Part shown: positions 62,401 to 64,000 of the stretch, piece after piece | Numbering within the stretch: the first letter of the stretch is position 1 | How the letters are laid out: the number at the start of each line of letters is the position of its first letter | Source: Epiperipatus broadwayi | Taxonomy: Eukaryota; Animalia; Onychophora | Direction: 5' to 3' | NCBI GenBank assembly: GCA_028023455.1 | Contig: JAQFVV010000011.1 | Span: 2,790,001-2,854,000 of the forward strand | DNA: 64,000 nucleotides | Notes under the pieces: model-generated | Databases searched by the model: none | Seen by the model: the letters and a program-made list of their open reading frames with translations, nothing else | Told to the model about the DNA's origin: nothing | Program-made: the position numbers and the translations under genes

Positions 62401-64000
62401 CCATTCATAATAATTTACATTAAAATATGCAAATTTAGGGGTAATTCATTTAGTTGACTTTCTAAATGTTTCTAGAAAAATTCAAACTTCATTTACACTG
62501 TTCCAAATATGTTGAACTGTTACTAATAACATACATATTAATTAAGGGTTCAAAATATTCAAGTTGCATTCTCTTCACTTTTCTGGATATTTCTGACCTT
62601 ACCAGTAATAGTCTAACACAAGGGTAAACCAGTAAGCTTTAAATTTGTGAATATATATATTTTTAAGATGATATTCTCCAGTTAGATTATTTTGCCAAGT
62701 GCAACCACCAACAAAACTTTTTTAAAATATATATTTATTGACATAATAAAATTGTAGAGATTAATAATAAATACATTTTGTTAATGTTGGCTCATCCATT
62801 GCTGGCATTGGCTTTTTCCATCAAGACTGACTTGATAATGTGAAAGTCCTAGATCTGGTAGATATATGGCAGAGCCATCTCTGCACTAGAATATCTGAAT
62901 CTTTCCAAATTTTACATTTTCAAAAAAAAAGTTAATAAGAGATTTCTAATCATTGTATACTATTACACTAGACTGATATAGAATGTTATCTGCTTTAGTC
63001 ATGTGATCTATGTATTTCAATTTTATTTTCCCTATCTGCTCAATATTCTTCTGTTTTCCCAAATGTATATTCATTATTATTATATACATCATATCCTCCT
63101 TTAAACACATCCGTGTGTTACAAACAGTTGAAAGTATTTGTAAAAACGTAAATAAAGTTTAAATCTAAAAAAAAAAAAAGACAGCTCAACTGGATTTAAG
63201 CCAGCATTAACTTCAAGTGAAATTCGAGCATCACAAATCTTCAGACAAACACACTCACATATATAGAATCTATCTATTTTAACTTTTAAATCAAAATCCC
63301 ATAATTCAATTGCACTCATAATTGTTCTTTTAATCTTTCCTATTTTAAACGGCTCTGATTTATTAACTACAATTTGGGCTCCAAGTAGTGTGGAATTAAA
63401 AGTTCAACTGTGTCTACTAACGTTAATTTGCTTAGAATCACCAGAGGATACGATTGTGAGATGAGTTATTGATCCAGCATTCTTCAAAGTTGGACAGGAA
63501 TAAAAATTAATGAAAGATTCAAACAATTTTAAAGATGTTTTATATTAAAATCAGAAACTAAAAATAAAAGACATTTTAAAAAAAATCACGTGATAAAAAT
63601 ATAGCAGTACCTTTAAGCTAATGGTGATTGTGTATACGTCTCGAATATCAGAAAATGTTATTTTTAAATGAACGACTTTATTATTATTAATAATAATGGA
63701 ATTTAACAATAAAATAATCAACTGCTTTATTGATTGGAAGTTTATAAAATGTTAACGCAATGGAAGTAACAGAGTTGAACTGCAACCCATGGATCTTGAG
63801 TTTCAGATTTTTCCATCCTATTACTTCAGCAAAACATAAATAATACAATATAAACGGACTAAATGTATATATATTTAGTATGAAAATAAGCGTTAGTAAC
63901 AATTATACATTTAATACTTTTACATTGTCAACATACTAAAAAAAGTTATATATATAAAGATCTATAATCATATCACAGCAATCTCGTTCCAAATACGTTC

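Overview
AT-rich, CpG-depleted eukaryotic (arthropod-like) intergenic or intronic DNA dominated by transposable elements. I could not support any host gene. Conventional content: a 5'-truncated RTE-clade LINE (30174-32743), three fragments of a second RTE family, older decayed LINEs, a mariner remnant, five copies of a tRNA-derived SINE, and a young Penelope-like element (PLE, 50050-53218) with an intact RT+GIY-YIG ORF, ~610-bp pseudo-LTRs and a 12-bp TSD. The unusual signal is a high density of minimal type I hammerhead ribozyme (HHR) motifs with palindromic stem III. The PLE carries a variant with an A3-U8 core (AUGAUUA). A non-coding family of ~450 nt (7 copies, four with 12-14 bp TSDs) is circularly permuted, folds by eye into a long rod with the HHR at its tip, and inserts as head-to-head inverted arms, so it resembles a retrozyme. 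There is also a second ~400-nt HHR family, a third family joined to a tRNA-like head, a minisatellite of decayed HHR units, and two small foldbacks centred on a putative HHR stem II. All RNA structures were paired by eye. No folding, database search or activity test was run.
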